Below are positions 1-13,080 of a DNA stretch of 64,000 nt, piece by piece. The translations under genes and the position numbers were made by a program. The notes under the pieces are model-generated. The model was not told the origin of the DNA. It saw nothing but the letters and a program-made list of their open reading frames with translations, and did not search any database. Origin of the DNA: Eledone cirrhosa (taxonomy: Eukaryota); assembly GCA_964016885.1 (NCBI GenBank), contig OZ024758.1, positions 20,274,001 through 20,338,000 of the forward strand, in the 5' to 3' direction. Numbering within the stretch: the stretch's first letter is position 1; each line of letters opens with the position of its first letter.

Positions 1-1078
1 ATCCTTGGCGTATATCGCATTGTTATAAAATACTTTGGAGAAGATATATTAATCTATCGATGAACATATGCCCAAATATTTTTCCTACTTTCTCTTGTCC
101 TTCTTCCTTTCTTTATAACAACTTGTAACTATTGCTAAACAGTCGCCGACACGGCTAAAATGGAAGATTACACACCAACTACCTATGCAATCCAACAAAT
201 TCTCTGATATTCCAACTGAATATGAAATGGCAATGCCTTAGATATGTATGTCGTTGTCACTTGGGATGTGCTCAGTATGTAAATGAAATAACTGATATAC
301 AGTTCATAGCCGCATTTCATTCACTCTTCTTTATAAGACATATTCCGCTTTTTCTTTACAGAAACCATCATTTTGTATGGCAACATACAGAATGTGTGTC
401 CTTTTACACACAAGATTTACTTTACAACACAATCATTGTCACAAACACAAAAAATACTAAATCAATATGAATGTTTCTAAATTGCCTATTTCGTCATAGT
501 AAATACGTCTTATATTTTCTTTGTCGATAAAATGTTTCATATATACCTTTTAATATAAAAATACTATTTATTTTTTTGTATAATATTCGTTTATATTAAG
601 TGGTTTTATGAGCTTGAAACATCTCATTTGTGTCTTATTTAAATATAGATAGATTTTAATATTAGAATATATATTTTGCACAAGAAAGAAAATTATGTAT
701 TAGACAAAGGATACTGCGGAAATCTATAATTTGATTTTCAAGTATATCTATTAAGAATCGTGTTTTATATATCATTGTCTTCATAATCGATTCCTGTCAT
801 TTTTAGAAATGCTATTTTCTATGATGTTCTGTGTGTGGTGGCGTATATATTTCGTGTTCATTATCATCCCTATTCAGTAAACTGTAGCTTATCCCATCAA
901 TCTCGTTGTATTTATACTGTCTATCAGAAATGTAGCAAAGACCTACATGGACATATGCACAATAACACTTTTCTGGCATACATTGATATATTAAGTTATA
1001 CTCCTTCTTTTATATGGGAACTGGACTATTCAAGTCCTATACGCCAATATAATATTTCCAAATATTATACTCAATCAA

Positions 1079-1269
1079 GGGTGGTGGATTGGCAGTATCG
1101 GTAGAAGGTCGGACGCCATGCTTTCCAGCATAGTTACGTCCCTTTATGATCTGAGTTCAAATCCCGCCGAGGTTGACTTTGCCTTTCATCCTTACGGGGT
1201 CGATAAAATAAAGTACCAGTAATGCACTGGGTAATTTGCTGGCCTTGTGCCTAAAGTAGAAACAATTAT
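1079..1269 (+). mobile_element. tRNA-derived SINE, family A (short form)
   Basis: Head GGTGGATTGGCAGTATCGGTAG is A-box-like, GAGTTCAAATCC is B-box-like, and the tail is AGTAGAAACAATTAT. About 30 similar copies occur in the window. Confidence 0.9.
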
Positions 1270-2536
1270 ACTCAATCATATGACTGTCTTCTATCTCTGG
1301 CTCTAATGCACAGAAAGTTTCTTTTAATGTAGACCCACCACATGCCGATATAAAGACAATATTTAGATAATTATAATTACTAGTAGAAAAAACACCCTTT
1401 GGGCGATTTTCTGCTACTATGTGTACTGTCCATATTGATATTATACGCAAATATCTATGTATATTGCTATGATACGTCAAATAAAATCATAATTGACAAT
1501 ATACACAGACATTGAAAGAAGTGTCTGTTAAACTCTCTCCTGTAATCAGTAAAGTAATCCATGATGCATTAAAAAAAGACAATATTATATATAAACTGAA
1601 TATATAATAAACTAAAATGTTATGAAAATGAAATGGGAGAAAATTAGCGACGGAAATATAAACCTTATATAACGATGCAAATATATTAACGTTTATATTA
1701 GCGATGTGATGAGTGTTATGATATAACGGACACTAACAGGAAGTGTAGACATTTCAACATTTTTAAAGAAGTGAATGTTAAAATAAGCAATAATTTATGT
1801 ATAATAATATTTATGTTTAATGAAGAGATACGAAATTTAGTAGATAAATTATATAATACTTATTCATTATTTATTCAAAGTAATCCAACTTATTTTAGTG
1901 ACGGGATAACAAGATATAAAACGGACGCTGTCCCGTACTCCTCCCTGTATTATATTATAGATTTCATTAGCTGTATTTAATGGAGATTCGTTTCTCATGC
2001 TTTCCGACGTGTTTGAGACTGATGAGACTAGAGGTTTCTTTAAAGAACAGCAAAAACAAGAATCCGATATTTACATAAGCTTTCGAAATAATCGGATATT
2101 CCAGAAAACTTAAAAAAATCTCACATTTCTGTATGCTCTATATTCGTATTATATTCTAGATTTTCAGACTAATTCAACGATTATTTTTGTTATAGATTTC
2201 TAGATTGAATATGTACAGGTTGGGATGCTAAGAGCAAAAATATACTGATTTTAAAATCTATTTTATGGATTGTGTTTCATGATGCGCATGTTAACCAAAG
2301 CTAGATTTATTTGTGAGACGGCAATTCCTCAGATATCAAAGGATATACATCAAAGCTAAATTTGAATCCGTTGGTATTAGAAATTGATATCTGACACCAG
2401 AAATCCAACATAACGTTAAAATTCTTAATGATTGAACTAATTAACTCCTTATGGAAACAGTTAATTAATAGACATAGTGTATAGGGATCAACTTGGCGCC
2501 AATGTTTCTAATAAAATCAACCGAACGTCTCAGCAT

Positions 2537-2612
2537 TATATATATATATCTATATATATAGGTGTGTGTGTGTGTGTATGCGCGCGTGTGTGTGCGTGTA
2601 TGTGTGTGCGTC

Positions 2613-2644
<32 letters not shown>

Positions 2645-2650
2645 CGCACG

Positions 2651-2744
<94 letters not shown>

Positions 2745-2905
2745 CGTGTAATTAATACTAATTAAATTAGTATATACTAATTCAAACTGCCTGAAGAGGT
2801 CACAGCCAAAGATGGCTGTCGCTGTCACTGAAATATATATAGCAGTAATAAAGGAAGGTAAATGTTAATCATTTAACTTTTATTTAACTTTATTTATCTT
2901 TATTT

Positions 2906-2943
<38 letters not shown>

Positions 2944-3194
2944 TGTGTAGACATATATATATATATACATATATACATATATATATATACATATATTTAT
3001 ATATATATACATATATTTATATATATATATATATATATACATATATTTATATATATATATATATATATATACATATATTTATATATATATATATATACAT
3101 ATATTTATATATATATATACATATATTTATATATATATATATATACATATATTTATATATATATATACATATATTTATATATATATATATACAT
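2537..3194. repeat. Compound (TA)n/(TG)n microsatellites flanking a short hammerhead-bearing repeat
   Basis: Direct inspection: tracts at about 2537-2749 and 2906-3194. Confidence 0.95.
2786..2846 (+). ncRNA. Minimal type I hammerhead ribozyme motif (family H1, partial element copy)
   Basis: Stem I ACUGC/GCAGU, core CUGAAGA, stem II GGUCACAGC..GCUGUCACU (with a GCTGTC duplication), GAAA, palindromic stem III AUAUAUAU, AUA triplet. Homologous to 38742 and 62844. Confidence 0.7.
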
Positions 3195-3199
3195 ATGTT

Positions 3200-3336
3200 G
3201 TTTTGGAAGCCTCAACAATGCAGGTGGGTAAATCTCCGGGTAAGAGAATCCGGTGGTGACGAGATAGATGTAAGAGGAAATGTAAAATGAGACGTATAGA
3301 GTGTAGAGGAACGTAGGAAAGAACGTAAAAATAATG
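3200..3336. mobile_element. Left arm of an interrupted foldback/MITE-like hairpin element
   Basis: Reverse complement of about 7119-7254 (GTTTTGGAAGCC..GGTGGGTAAATCTCCGGGTAA..GTGTAGAGGAACGTAGGAAAGA). Confidence 0.85.
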
Positions 3337-6300
3337 TTTTTATTTATTGGCCACAAGAGCCGACATATAGAGGACAATACAAAAGACTGGGACAGTGGGG
3401 TTTTACAGAAAGATCTAGTAAACAATATGGGTAACAAGAAAAATACAACAAGAAACATTCCCCAATAGGGGGGCTAACCACCCAGGGTTCGCTCAGGTAC
3501 CCACCAATTCCGAACGACCCGACGCTTCGAGTGCACCCCTCTCCTCCTCAAATTTACCCACCTACAGGCGCATGACCAGAGTAGGCCCACTCACACGGGC
3601 CATTCTCGGCACATTCAACCACCATTCAGCAAATATACTGGGGGGGGGGGGGGGGCAGCGCTTCTCTCTCCAACCTCACCTTCTTTCCAAGTGAAATTTG
3701 AAAAAGTTGATGAGCGGTTGGCTGAAGAGAAAAGTGACCAACCTCGTCCACCAAACAACGTCTCTCGCTACTGCCACCAGACAGAGGAAAATTGCCTGAC
3801 CTTCCTGGCCAAAGGAAGGCGGAGGGTCGATCTTCACTATGGACTCGGCCGATAGCCGGATCCGTTCTACACCCGACAACAGCTGTTCGATATAACTCCA
3901 CAAGTAGGTAATGCACGGACACTGGACGAGTGCGTGCAGAACGGCTTCGTCGCTCTGGGCGCATCTTGGGCAGGTCGGCCTGACAGCATTTCCGTGCCTG
4001 TAGAAGTATCTCGAACCGGCAGTGCCCCCCGGTAGCACTGACAAGCGAGGGATTTTTAGAAATTATCCATCGTCTCCGGCTTGAAAGCCCTCCAGAACAG
4101 ACTGGATAGTTCCGCTTCGTCGACTCCCAGAGCCTCTCCGAGTGCGTTGTCACCCTTGCCCACCACTAATACTCTATAGAACTCGAGAGTGGAAGTTCCA
4201 CTGACCGCATTGCCCACATGGTAGAGGGCAGTGAGTGCCTGGCAACTTTCCAGATGCCAGTGACCCAGTCTCGGTCTCTTCTTGACCCAGCACTGCAGCT
4301 CAGTCAAAGAGACGAGCTGCGGAAGGCCCGTTGACAAGCGGCGGCCACATCTGTTCACTGTTTAGGCAGAATGTCTGGAGATTCCGCTGCCTCACCACGC
4401 GTCTGTGCATCATTAGCCACGGCATGACCAGCTCTCCATCTAGCGGGTGCTGGTAGCAGATGGACCGCCTCACCATCGGAATCTGACCTCTCCACAAGAA
4501 TTTGAAGAGGAACCACTCCAAGATGGCGAGCGCCGACGAGGGCAAGGCACGACGGTCAGGCGGTAGTAGATGACTGACGCGATGTACGCGTTCGCCACCT
4601 TCGCCTGACCTTTCACTGATAGCTTCCTCCCAGCCCATTTCTGGGTGAGACTGGCTATCCTGCCCGTCACCTCGTCCCAATTATTATCCACCTGGAGGTC
4701 TGGCCCGAACCAAACCCCAAGCAACTTTACCTCTCCGTCGATCCAGCGCCTAACGACGCTGTTGGACGGCATGGACTTGCCTCTCCAGGTACCGAGTTGC
4801 AAGCCCAGCGACTTTTCCGGGTTAAGTTTTGCTCCCATCAAACTTTCATATTCCTCAAATAAGTTGCCGACCACCTCGACTTCTGAGGTGTCCAACACCA
4901 TCACGGTGAGGTCGTCCGCATAAGACGACAGAGCCTTTTCGCCTCTCGGTTCGAGCGGGATGCCCTGCAACAGCTCCAGCTTCTGAGAGTCAATACGTAC
5001 AGAAGGGAGGAGAGAGGGCACCCTTGACGGACCTATCGGGAGACCTGAAAATGTTCCGAGAGGTGGCCGTTAATTTTGCACACCGAGCAGGTTCCGCTGT
5101 ACATTGCAGCGAACCAGATTCTGAAGACGGGGCCGAAGCCAGCCGCCTTGAGGACAGCCTCCGGGTACCGATGTTCGACCCTATCGAATGCTTTCGATTG
5201 ATCTAAATTGATCAGGGCTCCACCGAAGCCAGGCTTACACCCCACCCACCCTATGATGTATCGCATTAGGTGGACGTTGCCGTGTATGGACCTGGCTGGG
5301 ATTGCGCAAGTTTGCGCCTCCCCAGCCAAATCCCCGTCGACAAGCGCCCACCTCTTCGCTAACACCCTGGCCAAAATCTTAAACTCTTTGTTGAGCAGAG
5401 TTATGGGCCTGAAATTATCTAATGTGTCCCTCTTGTTCTCGTCTTTCATAATCAGCGTCACTACGCCCCGGCTCACAGAACTGGGAATACTCTCGTTCTG
5501 CTGCCATTTGCAGTAGAGCGCTTCGAGGAGATGGGAAAACAAGTCTGGCATATTTACCTAAAGCTCGTGGGGCAGACCATCCAAACCGGGTGACTTGCGC
5601 CTCATGCAGCCGACAAGGGTATCCTGAATCTCGGCTGAAGTAATCGGTATTTCGCAGCGCCCCGCGTCGGCCGTCGAGAGTTGCGGCAAGCCATTGGGGT
5701 AAGGACTGGAGTCCGCCACCGTCTCTGACCCGCCACTTCCCTCCTCGAAGAACCGAGCAAAATATTGGCGAAAGGCCTCACACATCCGCTTGGAATCGCT
5801 CAGCTCGTGTCCGTCTCGGTCTCTCAAAGGCCTAATCGTTGTTTTATCACCACGCTGCGCTCCGTCACGAGGGCCCATCACACAGCTTTAGTTCCCTCGT
5901 TTCTCAGAGCACGCGCCTTACCTCTGACAATGCAACCTTCGTGTTTCGCATTGAAGAAATGATCTAATGCCATTCTCGCTGCTAGCACGTTAGTTGCAAT
6001 GCCACTACCAATAGCCTCGTCTAACTTATCTACCAACTCGCCCTGCTTTCTATTTTTCTCTAACGCTAATTCTTTGCTAAACTCTATCGACATTACTCTA
6101 ATCTCTCTTTTGAGAGACCCCCCCCCCCCCATCTATTGTTGATGAATCCCATTGTCAACTTTTTCTTAACTAAATTGTGGACCTGGTCCCTGTAACCTAC
6201 GCGTCTTATCTAGGTCAACCATACAGATAACAAACTTGGGATCTGAATAGGCGACCGTCTTAAAACGTGGACAGCTTATACTATTTCTGTCTATTTTCCT

Positions 6301-6842
6301 AATGGATATCCTGTATATATACGATCTAGATGACTCTGTGCGGTTAGTCCACGTCCACACTGGCGCATTAGCGAAATCTAGTTGGTACCTGACAGAGAGT
6401 TGGAACTGGCTGATCAGGTTCTTGAGGCTTTTGCACGCCCGCTCCTATCGGATACTCCCACACACTCCCAGGGTGTGTCTAAGATGCCGTTCCAGTCCCC
6501 CGCTAACAGTAAAGGGCGAGAGGTACCCAGAAAGGCTTCCACGCCTCTAATGAAGTCCGGCCGTCCTGCCCTAGTATGGGCCTAGATCGCCACCAGTCTA
6601 AAGGCACCACCTTCGCTATTGTTCACGTCCAGGACCACCAACTTCCCGTCCGAGTCCCGGAATATCGACCTTACCTCGAGATCCAGGCCTTTCCTAAACA
6701 ACACTGCCACACCACCTCCCATTCCCGGCCGACTAACAGATGCAAATATCTGATGGTTGTCTAAAATGGGGGATAGTGCGCGTGTGTCGGAAATCCTGGT
6801 GTCTCTGACGGCACTTACATCCATTTCTAGAGCCCTGATGTC
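3337..6842 (-). mobile_element. L1/Tx1-clade LINE, 5'-truncated, with ORF2 broken by stops and frameshifts
   Basis: Collinear minus-strand ORF pieces: APE endonuclease (GGGVAVLFRK..DSDGKLVVLDV, WTWTN), RT (KSPGLDGLP, NFRPITLLNKEFKILARVLA, LDQSKAFDRVEH, YADD) and a C-terminal CCHC-like motif (CPRC..HALVQC). CCAATAAATAAAAA lies at the 3' end. Confidence 0.92.
3676..6842 (-). pseudogene. Degenerate LINE ORF2 (APE endonuclease, reverse transcriptase, Zn-binding tail)
   Basis: ORF track pieces 6582-6902 (part), 6166-6360, 5878-6132, 5558-5881, 5033-5551, 4470-5021, 4300-4680 and 3676-4044 tile one protein in different frames. Confidence 0.88.
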
Positions 6843-6855
6843 AAAGAGCGTAAAC

Positions 6856-7043
6856 ATAATTGTTTCTACTTTAGGCACAAGGCCAGCAATTACCCAGTGC
6901 ATTACTGGTACTTTATTTTATGGACCCCGTAAGGATGAAAGGCAAAGTCAACCTCGGCGGGATTTGAACTCAGATCGTAAAGGGACGTAACTATGCTGGA
7001 AAGCATGGCGTCCGACCCTCTACCGATACTGCCAATCCACCGC
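6856..7043 (-). mobile_element. SINE family A
   Basis: Reverse complement of 1079-1269, flanked by GCGTAAACATAAT and GCGTAAAAATAAT. Confidence 0.9.
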
Positions 7044-7254
7044 GTAAAAATAATGACACGATATAGAGTTAGCTTGGAAGTTATTTAATTGTCTTCCTAG
7101 GTAACTCTATCTCATGTCATTATGTTTACGCTCTTTCCTACGTTCCTCTACACACTGTACATCACATTCTACATTTCCTCTTACATCTCTCTCTTCGCCA
7201 CCGGATTCTGTTACCCGGAGATTTACCCACCTACATTGTTCAGGCTTCCAAAAC
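7043..7254. mobile_element. Centre and right arm of the foldback element
   Basis: 7043-7080 is an imperfect inverted repeat of 7093-7130 around a 12 nt loop. The rest pairs with 3200-3323. Confidence 0.85.
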
Positions 7255-7416
7255 GTCCAATGTTTTATTATTCCAGAATGATTCAAGCAAACTTCAATAC
7301 TCTCATATATATATATATATATATATATGCAAAAGTTTTATTTAAAATTGTTGGGTTACAACGAGTAAATATTTTATAACTGATATAAAAGCACTCAACA
7401 GTTTCTGGAGTAGGTT

Positions 7417-7659
7417 TACGATATTAAACAAATGGAAACTATGGAAGTATAGACTATAGACTACCAACTATAGACTACCAAATCAACTTTTTAAATGGAA
7501 GTTGCATTATTATAAGGTATGTCAAAATTATTTATAAAACAGCTTATGTATTGTATTTTGTCTGAGGAAGGCATACCATATTTTTAATATGATATCCCAG
7601 AAATATATATAACGAAATAAATATGGTTTTATAAATATAGTTTCCATTTGTTTAATATC

Positions 7660-7662
<3 letters not shown>
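7417..7662. repeat. 26 bp inverted repeat abutting (TA)n; related sequence at about 55871-55930
   Basis: TACGATATTAAACAAATGGAAACTAT at 7417-7442, with its reverse complement at 7637-7662. Confidence 0.75.
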
Positions 7663-7718
<56 letters not shown>

Positions 7719-7932
7719 TATACATTATTATATATATATATTTATATATATATATATGTATATATATATGTGTGTGTGATCAATAATTGCAGTAACTTCA
7801 ATAACAGTAGTTGTCAGCAAATTTTATTATCTGATCAGACACACTTCTAAGAACAAAATTTAGAATATTAATAGGTAATTACCTAGAAAATCTATTTCAT
7901 ATTATATATATATATATATATATTTCATATCC

Positions 7933-7964
<32 letters not shown>

Positions 7965-8299
7965 GGGGGGGGGGGTCAATAATTCGTGTTGCTTCAACCA
8001 AGCAATCAAATAACTATTGTGTAATCAGGCATAAGTTCAGCAACCCATGACTAACAAAATCTGAGAAAGAAACAAAATAGTGTGTACATTCTCAGAAACG
8101 TTGTGGCAACAACGCAATAGATAATTCACTCCCTAGAAAAATGTGATGCCTTTGAAGAAACCGAAAAAGCATATGTAAAATCATCTCTCTACTTCTTTCT
8201 ATATACACCCCCCCCCACACACACATACACACGTACACACACACATACACGCGCACGCACACGCACACGCACACGCACACACACACACACATATATATT

Positions 8300-8493
8300 T
8301 CGTTTCTGAATGTGTTTAACAAGATTCTTTATCTGAAAACGTGTGTTGAAGCCGATATTGTTATGCTTTGGGAGGGTCATGTTGCCAATAACCAACCGTA
8401 AATTTATAAATGTAACTTATAATAAATTGGAGTGAGGCATCTGGTGCGTGTGTTTCTTATTGGCAACATGACCCTCCCAGAGCATAACAATAT
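8300..8493. repeat. Microsatellite-anchored hairpin repeat (GGAGGGTCAT family)
   Basis: 37 bp arms at 8355-8391 and 8457-8493 with one mismatch. The family also occurs at 27600-27754, about 61800-61840 and 63190-63320. Confidence 0.75.
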
Positions 8494-9346
8494 ATATATA
8501 TATATATATATATATCAAATTATAAAATATGAGGAAATAATAGGCAAAATATATCTCGACTGTAGGTTTTTCGATCCGTCTGCAAATAGGTCCGCACAAT
8601 AAAGATTCATCATGTGAGGTGGATATGGCTTGAAAATGTCGCGACTCCGGCGGTTGAGCTATTGCCGTTTACACAGCAAGGTTTCAGATGATTCAGCAGG
8701 AGGTATCGTTAAGTTCAAATAAGTGCATACGTTATTTATCCAATTGTAAAGAATCATTTAGGAAATGTCTGTGTTTGTGTATACATATTTGACTCAATGA
8801 TTATTCATACAAATGTGTGCGTCCATATGTGTGTTCAAATGTCTCTATTCTCATGTATCAATATAAAATAAAATAAATTTGGATATATGTGAACCTCGAC
8901 CCCTAGAATCCACCACATTCCAAGGATATTACTTAGCATTCCACGACATCGTCTACGGAATTACCTTAGGGATCTACCCACGGACATACACCCCGAAAAA
9001 TGTTTTTCCCCACACGCCACCTACATCCACAACACGCATAAACACCACACACACACGTGCGTACCACCACATATTTACACATTCAGTCTCCGGAATCCTC
9101 TCCCCCCCCCACCCCTCTATCCACACACGCACACACACTCCGACCTACACCCCACCCCACACACACACCTCTTCCTGAGCATGCAACCGCCATCTTCCCC
9201 CAACTCTTACTTTCACATACACACACATACACACACACACGTACACCTACACACACACACCACCTTCAGCCCTCCCCGTTCGGACACCCCGAAACTAATA
9301 AACCTTTGTTCGTACTGCCTCTCAGTTTTGTTCCCGTTCAATTTTT

Positions 9347-9348
<2 letters not shown>

Positions 9349-9391
<43 letters not shown>

Positions 9392-9473
9392 TATATATGA
9401 ATATATATATAAATATACATGTATATATGTATCTGTGTATATATATATATATATATGTATAAATATATATATG

Positions 9474-9513
<40 letters not shown>

Positions 9514-9525
9514 TATATGTATGTA

Positions 9526-9577
<52 letters not shown>

Positions 9578-9592
9578 TATATGTATGTATGC

Positions 9593-9630
<38 letters not shown>

Positions 9631-9683
9631 GTATGTGTATATATATGTATATATATATATGTATGTGTATATATAAATATTTA

Positions 9684-9740
<57 letters not shown>

Positions 9741-9743
9741 ATG

Positions 9744-9814
<71 letters not shown>

Positions 9815-9843
9815 ATGTATATATACATATATATATATATGTG

Positions 9844-9888
<45 letters not shown>

Positions 9889-10015
9889 ATGTATATATAT
9901 ATATATATATGTATGTATATATATATATATGTATATATATATATGTATGTATGTATGTATATATATATATGTATATATATATATGTATATATATATATGT
10001 ATGTATGTATATATT
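9349..10015. repeat. Long degenerate (TA)n/(TATG)n microsatellite
   Basis: Direct inspection. Confidence 0.95.
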
Positions 10016-10019
10016 ATTA

Positions 10020-10630
10020 TGTCAGGTCACCAGTTGGTGCTACTGGTAACATGTATCCCAGTACAACCTGCCTCATGGTCGGGTCGATGGCGACTAAACT
10101 GGCAACCCCACCAAGGTTTCTTGGTGAGGAGGGTGACTTTGGACATCCTGCAGGACTAAAAACAAAACCTGCCAAAGGGCAAGGGAGCTCTTAAGAGTCA
10201 ATAGCCATCCAAAATCAACAGGAGAGGTGAGCCCTTAGCCTTTGTCAAGGCAGAATTCTAGGAGAAGGAAAACTCTGATATAACACCTGCAACCCTGATG
10301 GTATCCAACGATGTTGACTTGTTCTTCTTTTGGTAAATATCATCTCGTTTAAGAGAGTGGGACTGGCTTCGTGCAGTGCCTTTGCGCACTATAAAAGCTC
10401 CACGACACAGACATTGCTTTATATCTGGAGATCTCTCTGCACTTGTCGTCACGTAGTACCATGGGCCCAGCACCATGTGTGAATAATTGTCACAAGTGTA
10501 GTGTTTGTACCAGAGTTTTCAAGTCGCTGGCTGGACTAAAAAGTCACACCCGTTGAGCGCATCGGTAGAGGTTCTCGTACATGGATATAAAGTTATGGCC
10601 GAACTCGAAAACGAGTTGGCAACCACCATG
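10020..10630 (+). mobile_element. About 610 bp non-autonomous RTE-derived (bipartite) retroelement with (TATG)n/(TA)n tail
   Basis: Near-identical to 44868-45477. Contains an RTE 5'-UTR-like motif (GGAGAAGGAAAACTCTGAT), a remnant C2H2 coding segment ([22 protein letters not shown]) and a 3' stem-loop (AACTCG-AAAA-CGAGTT). Confidence 0.75.
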
Positions 10631-10652
10631 TATATATATATATCTATATATA

Positions 10653-10716
<64 letters not shown>

Positions 10717-11024
10717 CATGTATGTATGTATGTATGTATGTCTGTATGTATGTATGTGTGTGTGTGTGTATAGATATATAGATATAAATAAATATACACG
10801 GTGTGTATGATTGTGTATAGGAGATTATATTAATAAAAAGGAATTCTAACTGTGTGATTTACTCGTCTTCTTTACAATCCTTGAAAATATATAATGGTTT
10901 TAGAATGAAATAGTATGGTAGAATATTATATGTTATGTGTTAATTGAACACTTACTTTCATGCTTTCGCAATCTTCAGGTTAATATTCTGTGGTGACAGC
11001 CAAGTTTGCATTTTTCGACTGTCA

Positions 11025-11055
11025 ATATATATATCTATGTATGTATGTATGTATA

Positions 11056-11151
<96 letters not shown>

Positions 11152-11273
11152 CGTATATATATGTATATGTATGCGTATATATATGTATGCGTATATATAT
11201 GTATGTATGTATATAGATATATATATATATGTATGTATGTATATGTATGTATATATATATATGTATGTATATG

Positions 11274-11320
<47 letters not shown>

Positions 11321-11323
11321 GTG

Positions 11324-11370
<47 letters not shown>

Positions 11371-11377
11371 GTGTATT

Positions 11378-11410
<33 letters not shown>

Positions 11411-11425
11411 GTATGTGTATTTCTA

Positions 11426-11490
<65 letters not shown>

Positions 11491-11525
11491 GTATGTGTAT
11501 TTATATATAAGTATGTGTATTTCTA

Positions 11526-11572
<47 letters not shown>

Positions 11573-11784
11573 GTATGTGTATTTATATATAAGTATGTGT
11601 GTATATATATATGTATATGTATATACACGTATGTATGTGTATATATATATGTATATATATGTATATACATGTATGTATGTATATATATATATATGTATAT
11701 GCATGTATGTATTGTGTATATATATATAAATATATATGTATAGACATGTATGTGTGTATATATATATATATGTATATATATGTA

Positions 11785-11827
<43 letters not shown>

Positions 11828-11910
11828 ATATATATATATGTATTTGTGTATATATATATATATATATATATATGTATTTGTGTATATATATATATATATA
11901 TATATGTATT

Positions 11911-11977
<67 letters not shown>
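11025..11977. repeat. About 950 bp degenerate (TA)n microsatellite
   Basis: Direct inspection. Confidence 0.95.
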
Positions 11978-12084
11978 TATAATCTTCTATACACAATCAT
12001 ATTCGGAGAAAGCTAATAGCGATACTCCGGCCAAATTCTAACTTACTCAACAAACGCTAGGAAATGCCTGAGTATACTCCCAAT

Positions 12085-12300
12085 TAAACATTCGGGGGGC
12101 TAACTAATTGTATGGTGTGGAAAATTGGCTGTATCATTTCATGAGATATATCAAATACATCTCTTCCCAGACGGACGTCTCGTTTCACTATAACATTTCT
12201 ACAAGTTGGGTGACATTATTCCTATTTATGCAGAAGCTTGTATAAGATCAACAAATACTTATTCAAATGGGCTCTTCAGTGGGTGCCAAATAATATTAAT
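12085..12300 (+). pseudogene. Possible highly decayed Tc1/mariner transposase remnant
   Basis: Short motifs FGG..MVW and FLFMQ occur in the order expected for a Tc1 DDE domain, but there is no continuous frame. Confidence 0.25.
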
Positions 12301-12853
12301 ATTGATAACCAAATCAACATCAATATTTAGCGATAATCACCATCAGTGCTTGAGTGAGCTGGTAGGTTGTTAGTCCAGCAGTTCTAAAGAAAATCTCACA
12401 CTATCTCGATAATAGGAGGAAGGTGATTACCGCCAAAAAAACAATACATGCGCAGGTCAATGAATTCTGAAAGAATTCAAGCCACGTGCTAGAACTCAAT
12501 TGGATTTGAAAAAATAACCATATGTGCGTATCGCTTGATGACACATAGATATGTTCTCGGGCAAAATAACAGAATGAGATACAAAAACAAACAATCCATA
12601 TTCATATAAAAAAATAAACAAAGCGAGTCATACTTTATTACGGGAAAGTTCATATCTGTTGCACCAAGAGTAAATATATAAATAAATAATCGGTGAAAGC
12701 TAATAGCGAAAAAAATTCAACCACGTGCTTATATATATATATATTTTAATCAATTTTAATCAAAGAGTCGCTGCTTTCACCCTAAACGTGATCTTCTGAA
12801 ACTAAAACGTAGTATGTATTTTCGTTTCTAGTTTATTATTTGTTCAAGGGTTT

Positions 12854-12896
<43 letters not shown>

Positions 12897-13044
12897 TATC
12901 TTTGTCGAGTCCTTCTTCAGATTTTAGTCTTCACACTTATTATGTGTGTGTGTGTGTGTAAAAGGTAATCGGAAATAACAACACAATCGGTACAGTATAT
13001 GGAAGGGATATATTCGGATAACGCTTGATATAGCAGGAAGAGGG

Positions 13045-13080
13045 TCTTAACGTTTCGGAAGCTAGTTCTTCATCAGAAGA
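13045..13080 (-). ncRNA. Minimal type I hammerhead motif (family H2) in a repeat ending at (CA)n
   Basis: Minus strand reads UCUU CUGAUGA AGAA-CUAGC-UUCC GAAA CG UU|AAGA, with palindromic stem III AACGUU and an A.C mismatch at 10.1-11.1. Confidence 0.6.

Noticed and set aside
1079-1269. tRNA gene call for the A/B-box sequences
   Set aside because: I could not fold a convincing cloverleaf. The head is always fused to the same non-tRNA body and occurs in many diverged copies, which indicates a SINE.
2018-2090. CTGATGAG followed by a distant GAAA as a hammerhead
   Set aside because: There is no supporting stem I, II or III pairing.
4645-6990. Plus-strand ORFs overlapping the LINE
   Set aside because: They are antisense frames of the LINE ORF2 remnant and the adjacent SINE.
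3200-7254. Autonomous DNA transposon with 135 bp TIRs carrying an RT
   Set aside because: The interior is fully explained by a LINE and a SINE with target duplications. No transposase is present.
10488-10555. C2H2 zinc-finger gene ([17 protein letters not shown])
   Set aside because: It is a single finger remnant inside a multi-copy RTE-derived repeat and is followed by stops.
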